From a virus (Duplodnaviria > Heunggongvirae > Uroviricota > Caudoviricetes), in the IMG/VR virus record IMGVR_UViG_2681813235_000001, positions 1 to 41,344 of that record: a stretch of 41,344 nt of DNA, one strand, 5' to 3'. The notes beneath the pieces are model-generated. The model was not told the DNA's origin, did not search any database, and was given only the letters and a program-made list of their open reading frames with translations. The position numbers and the translations under genes are program-made. Positions 16,729 through 26,375 of this stretch are shown in pieces. The first letter of the stretch is position 1. Each line of letters opens with the position of its first letter.

Positions 16729-17104
16729 GCTGGTTATCGCTGCATTCTTCTTTACTGTCATCGGTTCTTTCATCTGGTCTGCCAACCACTACTACAGCAA
16801 ATATCAGCACGAAAAGAAACGTGCTGATGAGGCTGTACAAAATGTTGAATCTGCAACAGCCATTACCCGTAACGTCCTGCAATCACTGCAAATCGTCAAT
16901 ACAGTTATAGAGGTTAACCAGCATGCAAAACAGCAGATCGCACTGGAGTCACAGAGAACCCAGGAAGATATCAAAGTGGCTGTTGCGGATGATGATTGTG
17001 CTTCACGTCCTGTGCCTGCTGCCGCTGCTGACCGGTTGCGGAAATTCGCGAACGGTTTACGTGAGCGCTCCGGTGGCACCACTGCCAGCCAGCCTGACTT
17101 CTGA
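16712..17104 (+). CDS. Rz: Rz-like i-spanin
   Basis: N-terminal TM helix then coiled-coil-like periplasmic region; overlaps endolysin 3' end. Confidence 0.65.
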   Translation: MKLSYKLVIAAFFFTVIGSFIWSANHYYSKYQHEKKRADEAVQNVESATAITRNVLQSLQIVNTVIEVNQHAKQQIALESQRTQEDIKVAVADDDCASRPVPAAAADRLRKFANGLRERSGGTTASQPDF

Positions 17105-17261
17105 TACTCCTGTACCGTTTATACCCAATCCGCTGACGTATGGTACCAGTCTGGAGTTGAATGTTGCTCTATTGTCAGCCTTGGGACAATGTAATTTTGA
17201 TAAAACTGGAATCAGAAAGATTGAATCACGGCGCGCTATTTTGCATTCGAAAGACAAATAG
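16989..17261 (+). CDS. Rz1: Rz1-like o-spanin lipoprotein (overlapping Rz in another frame)
   Basis: From ATG 16989 in ORF 16923-17261: MMIVLHVLCLLPLLTGCGNS has a lipobox (LTGC); Pro-rich mature part; starts inside Rz and extends past it. Confidence 0.5.
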   Translation: MMIVLHVLCLLPLLTGCGNSRTVYVSAPVAPLPASLTSDTPVPFIPNPLTYGTSLELNVALLSALGQCNFDKTGIRKIESRRAILHSKDK

Positions 17262-17629
17262 CTCGAGTTATATTTTTCATTATCAGTGCGAATGCGCCTA
17301 ATAAAGCTGTGTATTATGATAATTTTATAAAACTTATGGGCTTAAATTCAGACGCCAGCGTTTTTATAGTGTAATGTAGCAGCTTACATAAAATATGCAT
17401 CGTGATTAACTATTAGTCCAACCTTTTGGACCAATATGAAAGTGGAAGTTTGTACAAATCGTTTGTAGATGATTAAACATGTGTCTAGTAGAGCTAGTCA
17501 TGAACAGGTTTATTACGTATCATTTTGTTTAGATTATCGAGAGTACAACTAGTAGAGCAGCTAATCTTTAGATAGTGCCAGTGATGTTCACTTACGATAA
17601 ACTAACCTTTTCATTCAGTGGAGGTTATG

Positions 17630-18064
17630 ATGTGGCATACATTACTTAACTGGCCTTGGGGAACTGTGTGGTCAGCTGTATCGGCTTTAGGTTCAATTGT
17701 AACTGTTACATTAGGTTTTTGGGCAATGAATGTTTGGCGGCGACAGGAGGCTCTGAAGGCCAAAATGGCTCTGAAAATGGCAGTGGCTGATTATTCAAAT
17801 GCATTATCACAGCTACCTTTATCTCTTAGTCGTAATGTTCGTATTGAAAAAAGGGCCGAGCTACGAGAGTTAAGCCATAAATTAAATGCTATTAATAATG
17901 CTTTTTTGATATGCGAACATATGTTGGAAAAATACCCACGTGTAAACAGCGGTTGTCGTTCTTTATCTGTTGCCCACAAAGAATATATTAGAATGAGAGA
18001 TAATAGTATTCAGGCGAAATATATTTGTCATAATATTCTTTCAGAACAGTTTGTATTCAAATGA
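17630..18064 (+). CDS. hypothetical membrane-anchored protein (cargo between lysis and packaging genes)
   Basis: ORF 17618-18064 begins with GTG; ATGs at 17627/17630 follow GGAGG; N-terminal TM helix; AT-rich gene and flanks. Confidence 0.45.
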   Translation: MWHTLLNWPWGTVWSAVSALGSIVTVTLGFWAMNVWRRQEALKAKMALKMAVADYSNALSQLPLSLSRNVRIEKRAELRELSHKLNAINNAFLICEHMLEKYPRVNSGCRSLSVAHKEYIRMRDNSIQAKYICHNILSEQFVFK

Positions 18065-18191
18065 AAATGAACGATTGGTATTTACTTGCCGTTTATTCAT
18101 TGGATTGAAAAGTCTATTTAGCAAACCGTGTTAAAGCGGTTTCTGATTGCAGTTATGGTTAGATATTTAACGAAAACTACAGGGATAATAG

Positions 18192-18542
18192 ATGCCTCCA
18201 CGAACCCCAAAAGCCTGCCGCGTTCGCGGCTGCCGCCATACCACGACTGACCCATCAGGCTACTGCGAAAGCCACAAAAGCGAAGGCTGGAAGCAATACA
18301 AGTCTGGCCAGTCCCGTCATCAGCGCGGTTATGGTTCGAAGTGGGACGTTATCCGCGCGCGTGTGCTGAAGCGTGACAAAGGCCTGTGCCAGTTGTGCCT
18401 GCGTGCCGGTGTGGTGCGCGAGGCGAAAACCGTTGACCACATCATCCCTAAAGCGCATGGCGGCACCGATGCAGACAGTAACCTACAGAGTCTGTGCTGG
18501 CCGTGTCATAAGGCGAAGACGGCCCGTGAACGGATTAAGTAA
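18192..18542 (+). CDS. HNH endonuclease (terminase-associated)
   Basis: 116 aa with Cys pairs and DHIIPKAHGG...N...LCWPCH (HNH motif); directly upstream of the terminase genes as in HK97-like phages. Confidence 0.8.
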   Translation: MPPRTPKACRVRGCRHTTTDPSGYCESHKSEGWKQYKSGQSRHQRGYGSKWDVIRARVLKRDKGLCQLCLRAGVVREAKTVDHIIPKAHGGTDADSNLQSLCWPCHKAKTARERIK

Positions 18543-18564
18543 GAACCAGTTCCCACTGCCAGAG

Positions 18565-18628
18565 GGGAGGGGCGGGTCAAATCCCTGTGACCTGACGTCT
18601 TCCGGACTGCCCGCCCCATCGTTTTTTT
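18565..18628 (+). other. GC-rich inverted repeat plus T-tract between HNH and TerS (terminator and/or cos-proximal element)
   Basis: GGGGCGGG (18569-18576) ... CCCGCCCC (18610-18617) followed by TTTTTTT (18622-18628). Confidence 0.3.
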
Positions 18629-18667
18629 ATACCCGCGAAAAATGAAATTTAACCAGGAGTGCCGCAT

Positions 18668-19162
18668 ATGGCTGGAACGGCGGGGCTTTCCGGGCGTCGC
18701 CCCAAGCCAACGGCGCGCAAGGCGCTGGCCGGAAACCCCGGCAAGCGAGCCCTGAATAAAGATGAACCTGTTTTTACGCCCATCAAAGGTGTTGAGCCAC
18801 CGGAGTGGTTCGCTGAAGAAGATCTCCCTCTCGCCACGATCATGTGGCAACTGACAACCAAAGAACTCTGCGGTCAGGGCCTGCTGTGCGTGACTGACCT
18901 CGCGGTGCTTGAGCGGTGGTGCGTGGCCTACGAGTTCTGGCGGCGTGCCGTGAAAAATATTGCCAGACAGGGCAACACCATCACCGGTGCAATGGGTGGC
19001 ATGGTCAAAAATCCGGAGCTGACCGCCAAGAAAGAACAGGAGTCCGAGATGAGCAGCACGGGGGCAATGCTCGGACTCGACCCCAGCAGCCGCCAGCGTC
19101 TGATTGGCCTGGCGGGGCAGAAGAAAGCCACTAACCCGTTTCTGAAAATCATCGAATCATGA
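18668..19162 (+). CDS. terminase small subunit
   Basis: ATG 18668 with AGGAG 8 nt upstream (ORF 18659 begins with GTG); ~164 aa; immediately precedes and overlaps TerL. Confidence 0.7.
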   Translation: MAGTAGLSGRRPKPTARKALAGNPGKRALNKDEPVFTPIKGVEPPEWFAEEDLPLATIMWQLTTKELCGQGLLCVTDLAVLERWCVAYEFWRRAVKNIARQGNTITGAMGGMVKNPELTAKKEQESEMSSTGAMLGLDPSSRQRLIGLAGQKKATNPFLKIIES

Positions 19163-20892
19163 GCCGGAAATCTTACCCCAACGTAAATGCTGCCAATCAG
19201 TATGCCCGTGATGTCGTGCGCGGAAAGATTGTGGCCTGCCAGTTTGTGATTCAGGCCTGCCAGCGCCATCTTGATGACCTGATGGCGGAAAAAAGTAAGT
19301 CGTTTCGTTACCGCTTCGACAAGGACCTGGCTGAACGGGCCGCGAAATTTATTCAGCTGTTGCCACACACCAAGGGGGAGTGGGCATTCAAGAGGATGCC
19401 CATCACGCTGGAACCGTGGCAGCTCTTTGTGATCTGCTGTGCGTTTGGCTGGGTCAATAAAGGCTCCCGGCTGCGCCGCTTCAGGGAGGTGTATACCGAA
19501 ATCCCCCGTAAGAACGGCAAATCGGCAATCTCTGCCGGTGTTGCCCTGTATTGTTTTGCCTGTGATAACGAGTTTGGCGCGGAAGTGTATTCCGGTGCCA
19601 CGACAGAGAAACAGGCGTGGGAAGTCTTTCGCCCGGCGCGACTGATGTGTAAACGCACACCCATGCTGACGGAAGCGTTCGGGATTGAGGTTAACGCCTC
19701 AAACATGAACCGTCCGGAGGATGGCGCGCGGTTTGAACCGCTGATCGGTAACCCCGGTGATGGTTCATCACCCCACTGTGCCGTGGTGGATGAATATCAC
19801 GAGCACGCCACCGATGCGCTTTATACCACGATGCTTACCGGGATGGGCGCGCGACGTCAGCCACTGATGTGGGCCATCACCACCGCCGGGTACAACATTG
19901 AGGGGCCGTGCTACGACAAGCGGCGGGAAGTTATCGAGATGCTCAACGGTTCGGTACCCAACGATGAACTGTTCGGGATCATCTATACCGTTGACGAAGG
20001 CGATGACTGGACCGACCCGCAGGTGCTGGAAAAAGCTAACCCGAATATTGGCGTGTCGGTTTATCGCGAATTTTTGTTAAGTCAGCAGCAGCGTGCGAAA
20101 AATAACGCCCGTCTGGCAAACGTCTTTAAAACAAAACACCTCAATATCTGGGTGTCGGCGCGTTCGGCGTATTTCAACCTGGTGAGCTGGCAGAGCTGCG
20201 AGGATAAATCACTGACCCTTGAGCAGTTCGAGGGGCAACCGTGCATTCTGGCCTTTGACCTGGCGCGTAAGCTGGATATGAACAGCATGGCGCGACTTTA
20301 TACCCGCGAGATTGACGGTAAAACGCATTACTACAGTGTGGCTCCGCGCTTCTGGGTACCGTATGACACGGTGTACAGCGTCGAGAAAAATGAAGATCGC
20401 CGGACAGCCGAACGCTTTCAGAAATGGGTGGAAATGGGCGTTCTGACCGTTACCGATGGTGCGGAGGTGGATTATCGCTACATCCTCGAGGAGGCCAAAG
20501 CGGCGAACAAAATCAGCCCGGTCAGTGAGTCACCCATCGACCCCTTCGGGGCGACCGGGTTGTCACATGACCTTGCTGATGAAGACCTGAATCCCGTCAC
20601 TATCATTCAGAACTACACCAACATGTCCGACCCGATGAAAGAGCTGGAAGCGGCAATTGAATCGGGGCGCTTTCATCATGATGGCAATCCCATCATGACC
20701 TGGTGTATCGGCAATGTGGTCGGCAAAACCATTCCGGGTAACGATGATGTGGTGAAACCCGTCAAAGAGCAGGCGGAAAACAAAATTGACGGTGCAGTTG
20801 CGCTGATTATGGCGGTTGGCAGAGCCATGCTGTACGAGAAAGAAGACACGCTGTCTGACCACATTGAGTCCTATGGGATCCGCTCGCTTTAA
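19159..20892 (+). CDS. terminase large subunit
   Basis: 577-aa ORF; size and position between small subunit and portal; ATPase-like N-terminal region. Confidence 0.85.
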   Translation: MSRKSYPNVNAANQYARDVVRGKIVACQFVIQACQRHLDDLMAEKSKSFRYRFDKDLAERAAKFIQLLPHTKGEWAFKRMPITLEPWQLFVICCAFGWVNKGSRLRRFREVYTEIPRKNGKSAISAGVALYCFACDNEFGAEVYSGATTEKQAWEVFRPARLMCKRTPMLTEAFGIEVNASNMNRPEDGARFEPLIGNPGDGSSPHCAVVDEYHEHATDALYTTMLTGMGARRQPLMWAITTAGYNIEGPCYDKRREVIEMLNGSVPNDELFGIIYTVDEGDDWTDPQVLEKANPNIGVSVYREFLLSQQQRAKNNARLANVFKTKHLNIWVSARSAYFNLVSWQSCEDKSLTLEQFEGQPCILAFDLARKLDMNSMARLYTREIDGKTHYYSVAPRFWVPYDTVYSVEKNEDRRTAERFQKWVEMGVLTVTDGAEVDYRYILEEAKAANKISPVSESPIDPFGATGLSHDLADEDLNPVTIIQNYTNMSDPMKELEAAIESGRFHHDGNPIMTWCIGNVVGKTIPGNDDVVKPVKEQAENKIDGAVALIMAVGRAMLYEKEDTLSDHIESYGIRSL

Positions 20893-20903
20893 CTGAGGTA
20901 ATT

Positions 20904-21086
20904 ATGATCATGCTGATTCTCGCGCCTCTGGTGGGCGTGCTGGGGGCGCTTTTGCTGGCGTATGGTGCCTGGCTGATTTATCCCCCGGCGGGGTTTGTTG
21001 TTGCCGGGTCGTTGTGCCTGTTCTGGTCGTGGCTGGTAGCGCGATATCTCGACCGTACACAGCTGTCTGTTGGTGGAGGTAAATAG
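20904..21086 (+). CDS. small two-TM membrane protein between TerL and portal
   Basis: 60 aa: [49 protein letters not shown]...; two hydrophobic helices; GAGGT upstream. Confidence 0.35.
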   Translation: MIMLILAPLVGVLGALLLAYGAWLIYPPAGFVVAGSLCLFWSWLVARYLDRTQLSVGGGK

Positions 21087-22327
21087 TGTTCTTTTCGGGA
21101 TTATTTCAACGAAAAAGTGACGCACCGGTGACCACGCCAGCAGAGCTGGCGGATGCCATCGGGTTGTCCTACGACACCTATACCGGAAAGCAGATCAGCA
21201 GTCAGCGGGCCATGCGACTGACGGCGGTTTTTTCCTGCGTCAGAGTGCTGGCAGAGTCGGTCGGGATGTTGCCCTGCAATCTGTATCACCTGAACGGCAG
21301 CCTGAAGCAGAGAGCCACCGGCGAACGTCTGCATAAACTGATCTCCACGCATCCCAATGGCTATATGACGCCGCAGGAGTTCTGGGAGCTGGTGGTCACC
21401 TGTCTGTGCCTGCGGGGAAACTTTTACGCCTACAAAGTGAAAGCATTTGGCGAAGTGGCTGAACTGCTGCCCGTCGATCCCGGCTGTGTGGTACCGAAGC
21501 TTAACAGTAGCTGGGAGCCGATCTATCAGGTCACATTCCCGGATGGCTCCACGGATGTACTGAGCCAGGAGGATATCTGGCATGTGCGCACGCTGACGCT
21601 GGACGGACTGGTGGGGCTGAATCCCATCGCCTATGCCCGCGAGGCAATATCGCTGGCAGCTGCGACCGAAGAGCACGGGGCCAGACTGTTCAGCAATGGC
21701 GCGGTGACGTCGGGTGTGTTGCGTACAGAGCAGACGCTGTCAGATCAGGCTTATGAGCGCCTGAAGAAAGATTTTGAGGAGCGTCACACCGGGCTTGGCA
21801 ATGCTCACCGCCCGATGATCCTTGAGATGGGGCTGGACTGGAAGTCGATGGCGCTGAACGCCGAGGACAGCCAGTTCCTGGAAACCCGCAAGTTTCAGCT
21901 TGAAGAAATCTGTCGTCTGTTCCGGGTGCCGTTGCACATGGTGCAGAACACCGATCGCGCCACCTTCAACAATATCGAAGAGCTGGGGCTGGGATTTATC
22001 AACTATTCACTGGTGCCGTATCTGACCCGCATCGAACAGCGGATCAACACCGGACTGGTACGAAAAAGTAAGCAGGGCGTTTATTACGCCAAATTTAACG
22101 CCGGGGCGTTACTGCGCGGGGATATGAAGTCCCGTTTTGAAGCCTACGCCACCGGGATCAACTGGGGAATTTACTCTCCCAATGACTGCCGCGACCTGGA
22201 AGATATGAATCCGCGTCCCGGTGGTGATGTCTATCTCACACCGATGAACATGACCACGAAACCCTCCGATGGCAGTAAAGCCGGTAAGCAGAAGGATAAC
22301 GCCAATGCAGACGAAACAACGTCTTGA
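21086..22327 (+). CDS. portal protein (HK97-type head module)
   Basis: 413-aa ORF directly after terminase and before the prohead protease; positional and size-based call. Confidence 0.8.
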   Translation: MFFSGLFQRKSDAPVTTPAELADAIGLSYDTYTGKQISSQRAMRLTAVFSCVRVLAESVGMLPCNLYHLNGSLKQRATGERLHKLISTHPNGYMTPQEFWELVVTCLCLRGNFYAYKVKAFGEVAELLPVDPGCVVPKLNSSWEPIYQVTFPDGSTDVLSQEDIWHVRTLTLDGLVGLNPIAYAREAISLAAATEEHGARLFSNGAVTSGVLRTEQTLSDQAYERLKKDFEERHTGLGNAHRPMILEMGLDWKSMALNAEDSQFLETRKFQLEEICRLFRVPLHMVQNTDRATFNNIEELGLGFINYSLVPYLTRIEQRINTGLVRKSKQGVYYAKFNAGALLRGDMKSRFEAYATGINWGIYSPNDCRDLEDMNPRPGGDVYLTPMNMTTKPSDGSKAGKQKDNANADETTS

Positions 22328-22955
22328 TGTACCGCTGAGTCTGAAATCTGTCAGTGACTCCGGTGAGTTTGAAGGGTATGGCTCCGTCTTTGGTGTAAAG
22401 GACAGCCACGATGATGTGGTGATGTCCGGGGCATTTGCTGCTTCCCTGCGGGCGTGGAGTGACAGAAAAGCGTTACCTGCGCTGCTCTGGCAGCACCGCA
22501 TGGATGAGCCCATCGGAGTTTACACCGAAATGAAGGAAGACGATGTCGGGCTTTACGTCAGGGGGCGGTTGCTCATTGATGATGATCCCCTGGCAAAACG
22601 CGCACATGCACACATGAAGGCCGGTTCGTTAACCGGCCTTTCTATTGGGTACGTCCTGAAAGACTGGGAATACGACCGGACGAAAGAAGCCTTTTTGCTG
22701 AAAGAAATCGACCTCTGGGAAGTCAGTCTGGTGACGTTTCCGTCTAACGACGAGGCGCGGATCAGCGACGTCAAGAACGCGCTGGCCCGCGGGAAAATCC
22801 CTGAACAGAAAAAAATCGAAAGAGTCCTGCGTGATGTCGGACTCTCCCGTACCCAGGCCAAAGCATTCATGGCCGGGGGCTATGGCGCACTGTCCCTGCG
22901 CGACGCTGAGGATGTGGGCTCTGCACTGAATGCACTGAAAAATCTGAACTTCTAA
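22305..22955 (+). CDS. prohead protease (HK97 family)
   Basis: ORF 22269-22955 trimmed to ATG 22305 (GAAGGA upstream); lies between portal and major capsid. Confidence 0.75.
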   Translation: MQTKQRLDVPLSLKSVSDSGEFEGYGSVFGVKDSHDDVVMSGAFAASLRAWSDRKALPALLWQHRMDEPIGVYTEMKEDDVGLYVRGRLLIDDDPLAKRAHAHMKAGSLTGLSIGYVLKDWEYDRTKEAFLLKEIDLWEVSLVTFPSNDEARISDVKNALARGKIPEQKKIERVLRDVGLSRTQAKAFMAGGYGALSLRDAEDVGSALNALKNLNF

Positions 22956-22969
22956 TCAGGAGAAATACG

Positions 22970-24175
22970 ATGGCAGTTGATATTAAAGATGTCGAACAGG
23001 TCGCGCAGGAGCTGCAGCAGAAGTTTGACGACTTCAAGGCAAAGAACGACAAGCGCGTGGATGCGATTGAGCAGGAAAAAGGCAAACTTGCCGGGCAGGT
23101 GGAAACCCTGAACGGGAAACTCAGCGAGCTGGAAAACCTCAAAAGCGATCTTGAAAAAGAGCTGCTTGAGCTGAAACGTCCGGCAGGTGGTGCGCAAAAT
23201 AAACTGGCCACCGAGCATAAAGAAGCGTTTGTGGGCTTCCTGCGTAAAGGCCGTGAAGATGGTCTGCGCGATCTGGAGCGCAAGGCATTACAGGTGGGCA
23301 CCGATGAAGACGGTGGCTATGCCGTGCCGGAAGCGCTGGATCGCAACATTCTGACCTTGCTGAAAGATGAAGTGGTGATGCGCCAGGAAGCCACGGTGAT
23401 CACCGTTGGCGGTTCCGACTACAAAAAACTGGTGAATCTGGGCGGCACGGCTTCCGGATGGGTTGGCGAGACTGACGCGCGCTCCCAGACTGCCACCTCC
23501 AGACTGGGGCTGATTGAACCTTTCATGGGGGAAATCTACGGTAACCCGCAGGCCACCCAGAAAATGCTGGATGATGCCTTTTTCAACGTGGAGGCCTGGA
23601 TCAACAGCGAGCTGGCAACCGAATTTGCCGAACAGGAAGAAATTGCCTTTACCACCGGCGATGGTACCAAGAAGCCGAAAGGGTTCCTGGCGTATGAATC
23701 CACGGATGAAACCGATAAGGTCCGGGCGTTCGGCAAACTTCAGCATATTGTATCCGGCGACGCGACTGCGGTGACCGCAGACGCCATTATCAAACTGATT
23801 TACACGCTGCGAAAGGCACACCGCACCGGCGCGAAGTTCATGATGAACAACAACAGCCTGTTTGCCATCCGTTTGCTGAAAGACACCGAGGGTAACTATC
23901 TGTGGCGTCCGGGGCTGGAACTGGGGCAGCCGTCCTCTCTGGCGGGTTACGGTATCGCTGAAAACGAACAGATGCCGGATATCGCCGCTGATGCGAAAGC
24001 CATTGCATTTGGTAACTTCAAACGGGGTTACACCATCGTTGACCGTATCGGCACCCGCATTCTGCGTGACCCGTACACCAATAAACCGTTTGTCGGTTTT
24101 TATACAACCAAGCGCACCGGCGGGATGCTGGTCGATTCGCAGGCCATCAAACTGCTGAAGATTGCTGCGGCGTAA
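22970..24175 (+). CDS. major capsid protein (HK97 fold)
   Basis: 401 aa; N-terminal coiled-coil delta-domain-like region (KFDDFKAKNDKRVDAIEQEKGKLAGQVETLNGKLSELENLKSDLEKELLELK) followed by a capsid-sized body. Confidence 0.85.
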   Translation: MAVDIKDVEQVAQELQQKFDDFKAKNDKRVDAIEQEKGKLAGQVETLNGKLSELENLKSDLEKELLELKRPAGGAQNKLATEHKEAFVGFLRKGREDGLRDLERKALQVGTDEDGGYAVPEALDRNILTLLKDEVVMRQEATVITVGGSDYKKLVNLGGTASGWVGETDARSQTATSRLGLIEPFMGEIYGNPQATQKMLDDAFFNVEAWINSELATEFAEQEEIAFTTGDGTKKPKGFLAYESTDETDKVRAFGKLQHIVSGDATAVTADAIIKLIYTLRKAHRTGAKFMMNNNSLFAIRLLKDTEGNYLWRPGLELGQPSSLAGYGIAENEQMPDIAADAKAIAFGNFKRGYTIVDRIGTRILRDPYTNKPFVGFYTTKRTGGMLVDSQAIKLLKIAAA

Positions 24176-24224
24176 TCATTCAGGGGCGCGGAACCGCGCC
24201 CCCTGTTCTGACGGGTGAAGAATC

Positions 24225-24425
24225 ATGATCCTGAAACAAGATCTGAAATGGTCACCGGACGGTATGCGTGTTGAGGTCATTCGGGCCGGTGAGTATGACG
24301 ACGGGGCGCTTCCTGCCCGGGTGCAGGAGATTGCACTTCAGGCCGGGTTAGCAGAGCGCGGAACCAGTGCAAAAAGCAGTAAAGCGGCAAAAGAGAAAAA
24401 AGCCACGACCAGTAAAGAGGGCTGA
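24225..24425 (+). CDS. hypothetical small protein (Lys-rich C-terminus)
   Basis: 66-aa ORF between major capsid and connector genes. Confidence 0.35.
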   Translation: MILKQDLKWSPDGMRVEVIRAGEYDDGALPARVQEIALQAGLAERGTSAKSSKAAKEKKATTSKEG

Positions 24426-24427
24426 GT

Positions 24428-24751
24428 ATGCTTCTGACAATGGAAGAGATTAAAGCCCAACTCCGGCTGGATGAGGATTACGATGCTGATGACCGCCATC
24501 TGCAACTGCTGGCCTGTGCGGCGCAAAAGCGGACGGAAACGTATCTGAACCGGAAGCTCTATGCACCGGATGAAACCATTCCGGACAGCGATCCGGACGG
24601 GCTGCACCTGCCGGATGATATTCGTCTGGGGATGCTGATGCTTATCAGCCATTTTTACGAAAACCGCTCGTCGGTTACGGAAGTGGAGAAACTCGACATG
24701 CCGCAGAGTTTTGGCTGGCTTGTCGGCCCGTACAGGTACTTTCCGCAATGA
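24428..24751 (+). CDS. head-tail connector protein (gp6-like)
   Basis: 107 aa, acidic; position after capsid; family assignment from memory. Confidence 0.55.
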   Translation: MLLTMEEIKAQLRLDEDYDADDRHLQLLACAAQKRTETYLNRKLYAPDETIPDSDPDGLHLPDDIRLGMLMLISHFYENRSSVTEVEKLDMPQSFGWLVGPYRYFPQ

Positions 24752-25158
24752 AAATTCGTCAGGCGCAGACCAGCGCAACCTACATTCTGCCGGACCCCGG
24801 TGAACTGAATAAACGCGTCCTGATCCGCCAGCGGGTGGATATGCCCGTGGATAACTTTGGCGTGGAGTCTCAATACCCGGTTACGTTCCGGACATGGGCG
24901 AAGGTTATCCAGACCAGTGCCACCACCTGGCAGGAAACCGCGCAGACCGGGGACGCCATCACCCATTACATCACCATTCGCTACCGCCGGGGGATCACCG
25001 CTGATTATGAGGTGGTCTGCGGTGACAGTGTGTACCGGGTGAAACGTCAGCGCGATCTGAACGGGGCGCGGCGCTTTCTGCTGCTGGAGTGTACGGAACT
25101 GGGCGAATTTACGCAGAGTCACGGAGGCAGCAATGGCGACTCCCTTTTTTCACGTTGA
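24748..25158 (+). CDS. head closure / head-tail adaptor protein
   Basis: 136-aa ORF, overlapping start/stop chain in head completion cluster. Confidence 0.5.
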   Translation: MKIRQAQTSATYILPDPGELNKRVLIRQRVDMPVDNFGVESQYPVTFRTWAKVIQTSATTWQETAQTGDAITHYITIRYRRGITADYEVVCGDSVYRVKRQRDLNGARRFLLLECTELGEFTQSHGGSNGDSLFSR

Positions 25159-25639
25159 TGTTCAGCAGCCCGCGGAGATGCGCTTTAACCGCGCCCGTGT
25201 CCGGCGGGCGTTTGTCACGATTGGTCAGCGTCATATGCGTGATGCCCGTCGGCTGGTGATGCGCCGTGCGCGGTCGGCACCGGGTGAAAACCCCGGTTAT
25301 CAGACCGGACGCCTGGCACGTTCGATTGGTTACATGGTACCCAGAGCCAGTAAACATCGCCCTGGTTTTATGGCACGTATAGCCCCTAACCAGCGTAATG
25401 GAGAGGGAAACCGCCGTATCACCGGTGATTTTTATCCGGCTTTTTTGTTCTATGGCGTGAGGCGAGGGGCAAAGCGTCGTCGCAGCCATCATCGTGGTGC
25501 ATCCGGTGGCAGCGGCTGGCGACTGGCTCCACGTAATAACTTCATGGTGGAAACGCTTGAAAAGAACCGCAGCTGGACACGCTATTTTCTGGCGCGGGAA
25601 TTGCGTAAATCACTGAAGCCGGAGCGACGACGCAGATGA
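25133..25639 (+). CDS. HK97 gp10-like tail-completion protein (Arg-rich; uncertain)
   Basis: 168-aa ORF in the only long sense-strand frame here; very Arg-rich, low complexity. Confidence 0.4.
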   Translation: MATPFFHVDVQQPAEMRFNRARVRRAFVTIGQRHMRDARRLVMRRARSAPGENPGYQTGRLARSIGYMVPRASKHRPGFMARIAPNQRNGEGNRRITGDFYPAFLFYGVRRGAKRRRSHHRGASGGSGWRLAPRNNFMVETLEKNRSWTRYFLARELRKSLKPERRRR

Positions 25640-26196
25640 AACTGACGCCTGTTATTGCTGCGCTGCGTGCCCGCTGCCCGTATTTTGAAAACCGGGTGGC
25701 AGGCGCGGCACAGTTCAAAAATCTGCCGGAGGTCGGAAAGTTGAGACTCCCGGCGGCGTATGTGGTACCGGGTGATGACTCTCCGGGAGAAAACAAAAGC
25801 CAGACCGACTACTGGCAGGAGCTGAAAGAGGGCTTCTCCGTGGTTGTCATACTGAGTAACGGGCGTGATGAGCGCGGTCAGTTTGCCTCGTATGATGTGG
25901 TGGACGATGTCCGGCAGATGCTCTTTAAGGTCCTGCTGGGCTGGAACCCGGAAGCGTGCGGTAACCCGATTACCTATGACGGCGGCACGCTGCTGGATCT
26001 GAATCGTCATGAGCTGATTTATCAGTTCGATTTTTCGGTCATCAGCGAGCTGACCGAAGACGATACCCGCCAGCAGGATGAGCTGAACAGTCTGGATGAA
26101 CTGCGAACGCTGGCGATTGATGTTGATTATCTCGATCCCGGTAACGGGCCTGACGGCGATATCGAACATCACACCGAAATAACCCTTCCTTCCTGA
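25636..26196 (+). CDS. tail-associated protein of Mu-like tail module (unknown function)
   Basis: 186-aa ORF overlapping neighbours, directly upstream of DUF2635-like ORF and sheath. Confidence 0.5.
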   Translation: MKLTPVIAALRARCPYFENRVAGAAQFKNLPEVGKLRLPAAYVVPGDDSPGENKSQTDYWQELKEGFSVVVILSNGRDERGQFASYDVVDDVRQMLFKVLLGWNPEACGNPITYDGGTLLDLNRHELIYQFDFSVISELTEDDTRQQDELNSLDELRTLAIDVDYLDPGNGPDGDIEHHTEITLPS

Positions 26197-26204
26197 GAAT
26201 CTTC

Positions 26205-26375
26205 ATGTTTGTGAAACCTGTTAAAGGGCGGTCAGTGCCTGACCCTGCCCGCGGTGACCTTTTGCCCACCGAAGGGCGAAATGTTGACGAGAACAACTAC
26301 TGGCTGCGCCGTGAAGCAGCGGGTGATATCCGGCGCGTGAATAAAAAGGTGAACACCGATGACGATAAGCTTTAA
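26205..26375 (+). CDS. DUF2635-like small protein (56 aa, not in ORF track)
   Basis: Hand-translated MFVKPVKGRSVPDPARGDLLPTEGRNVDENNYWLRREAAGDIRRVNKKVNTDDDKL; typical small gene preceding the sheath in Mu-like tails. Confidence 0.45.
   Translation: MFVKPVKGRSVPDPARGDLLPTEGRNVDENNYWLRREAAGDIRRVNKKVNTDDDKL

Noticed and set aside
21101-21676. 191-aa minus-strand ORF inside the portal gene; similar antisense ORFs at 22867-23301, 23288-23821, 24338-24778, 25582-26172 and 31818-32315
   Set aside because: All lie antisense to long, overlapping structural genes; translations are Arg/Ser/Pro-rich low complexity, typical of GC-rich shadow frames.
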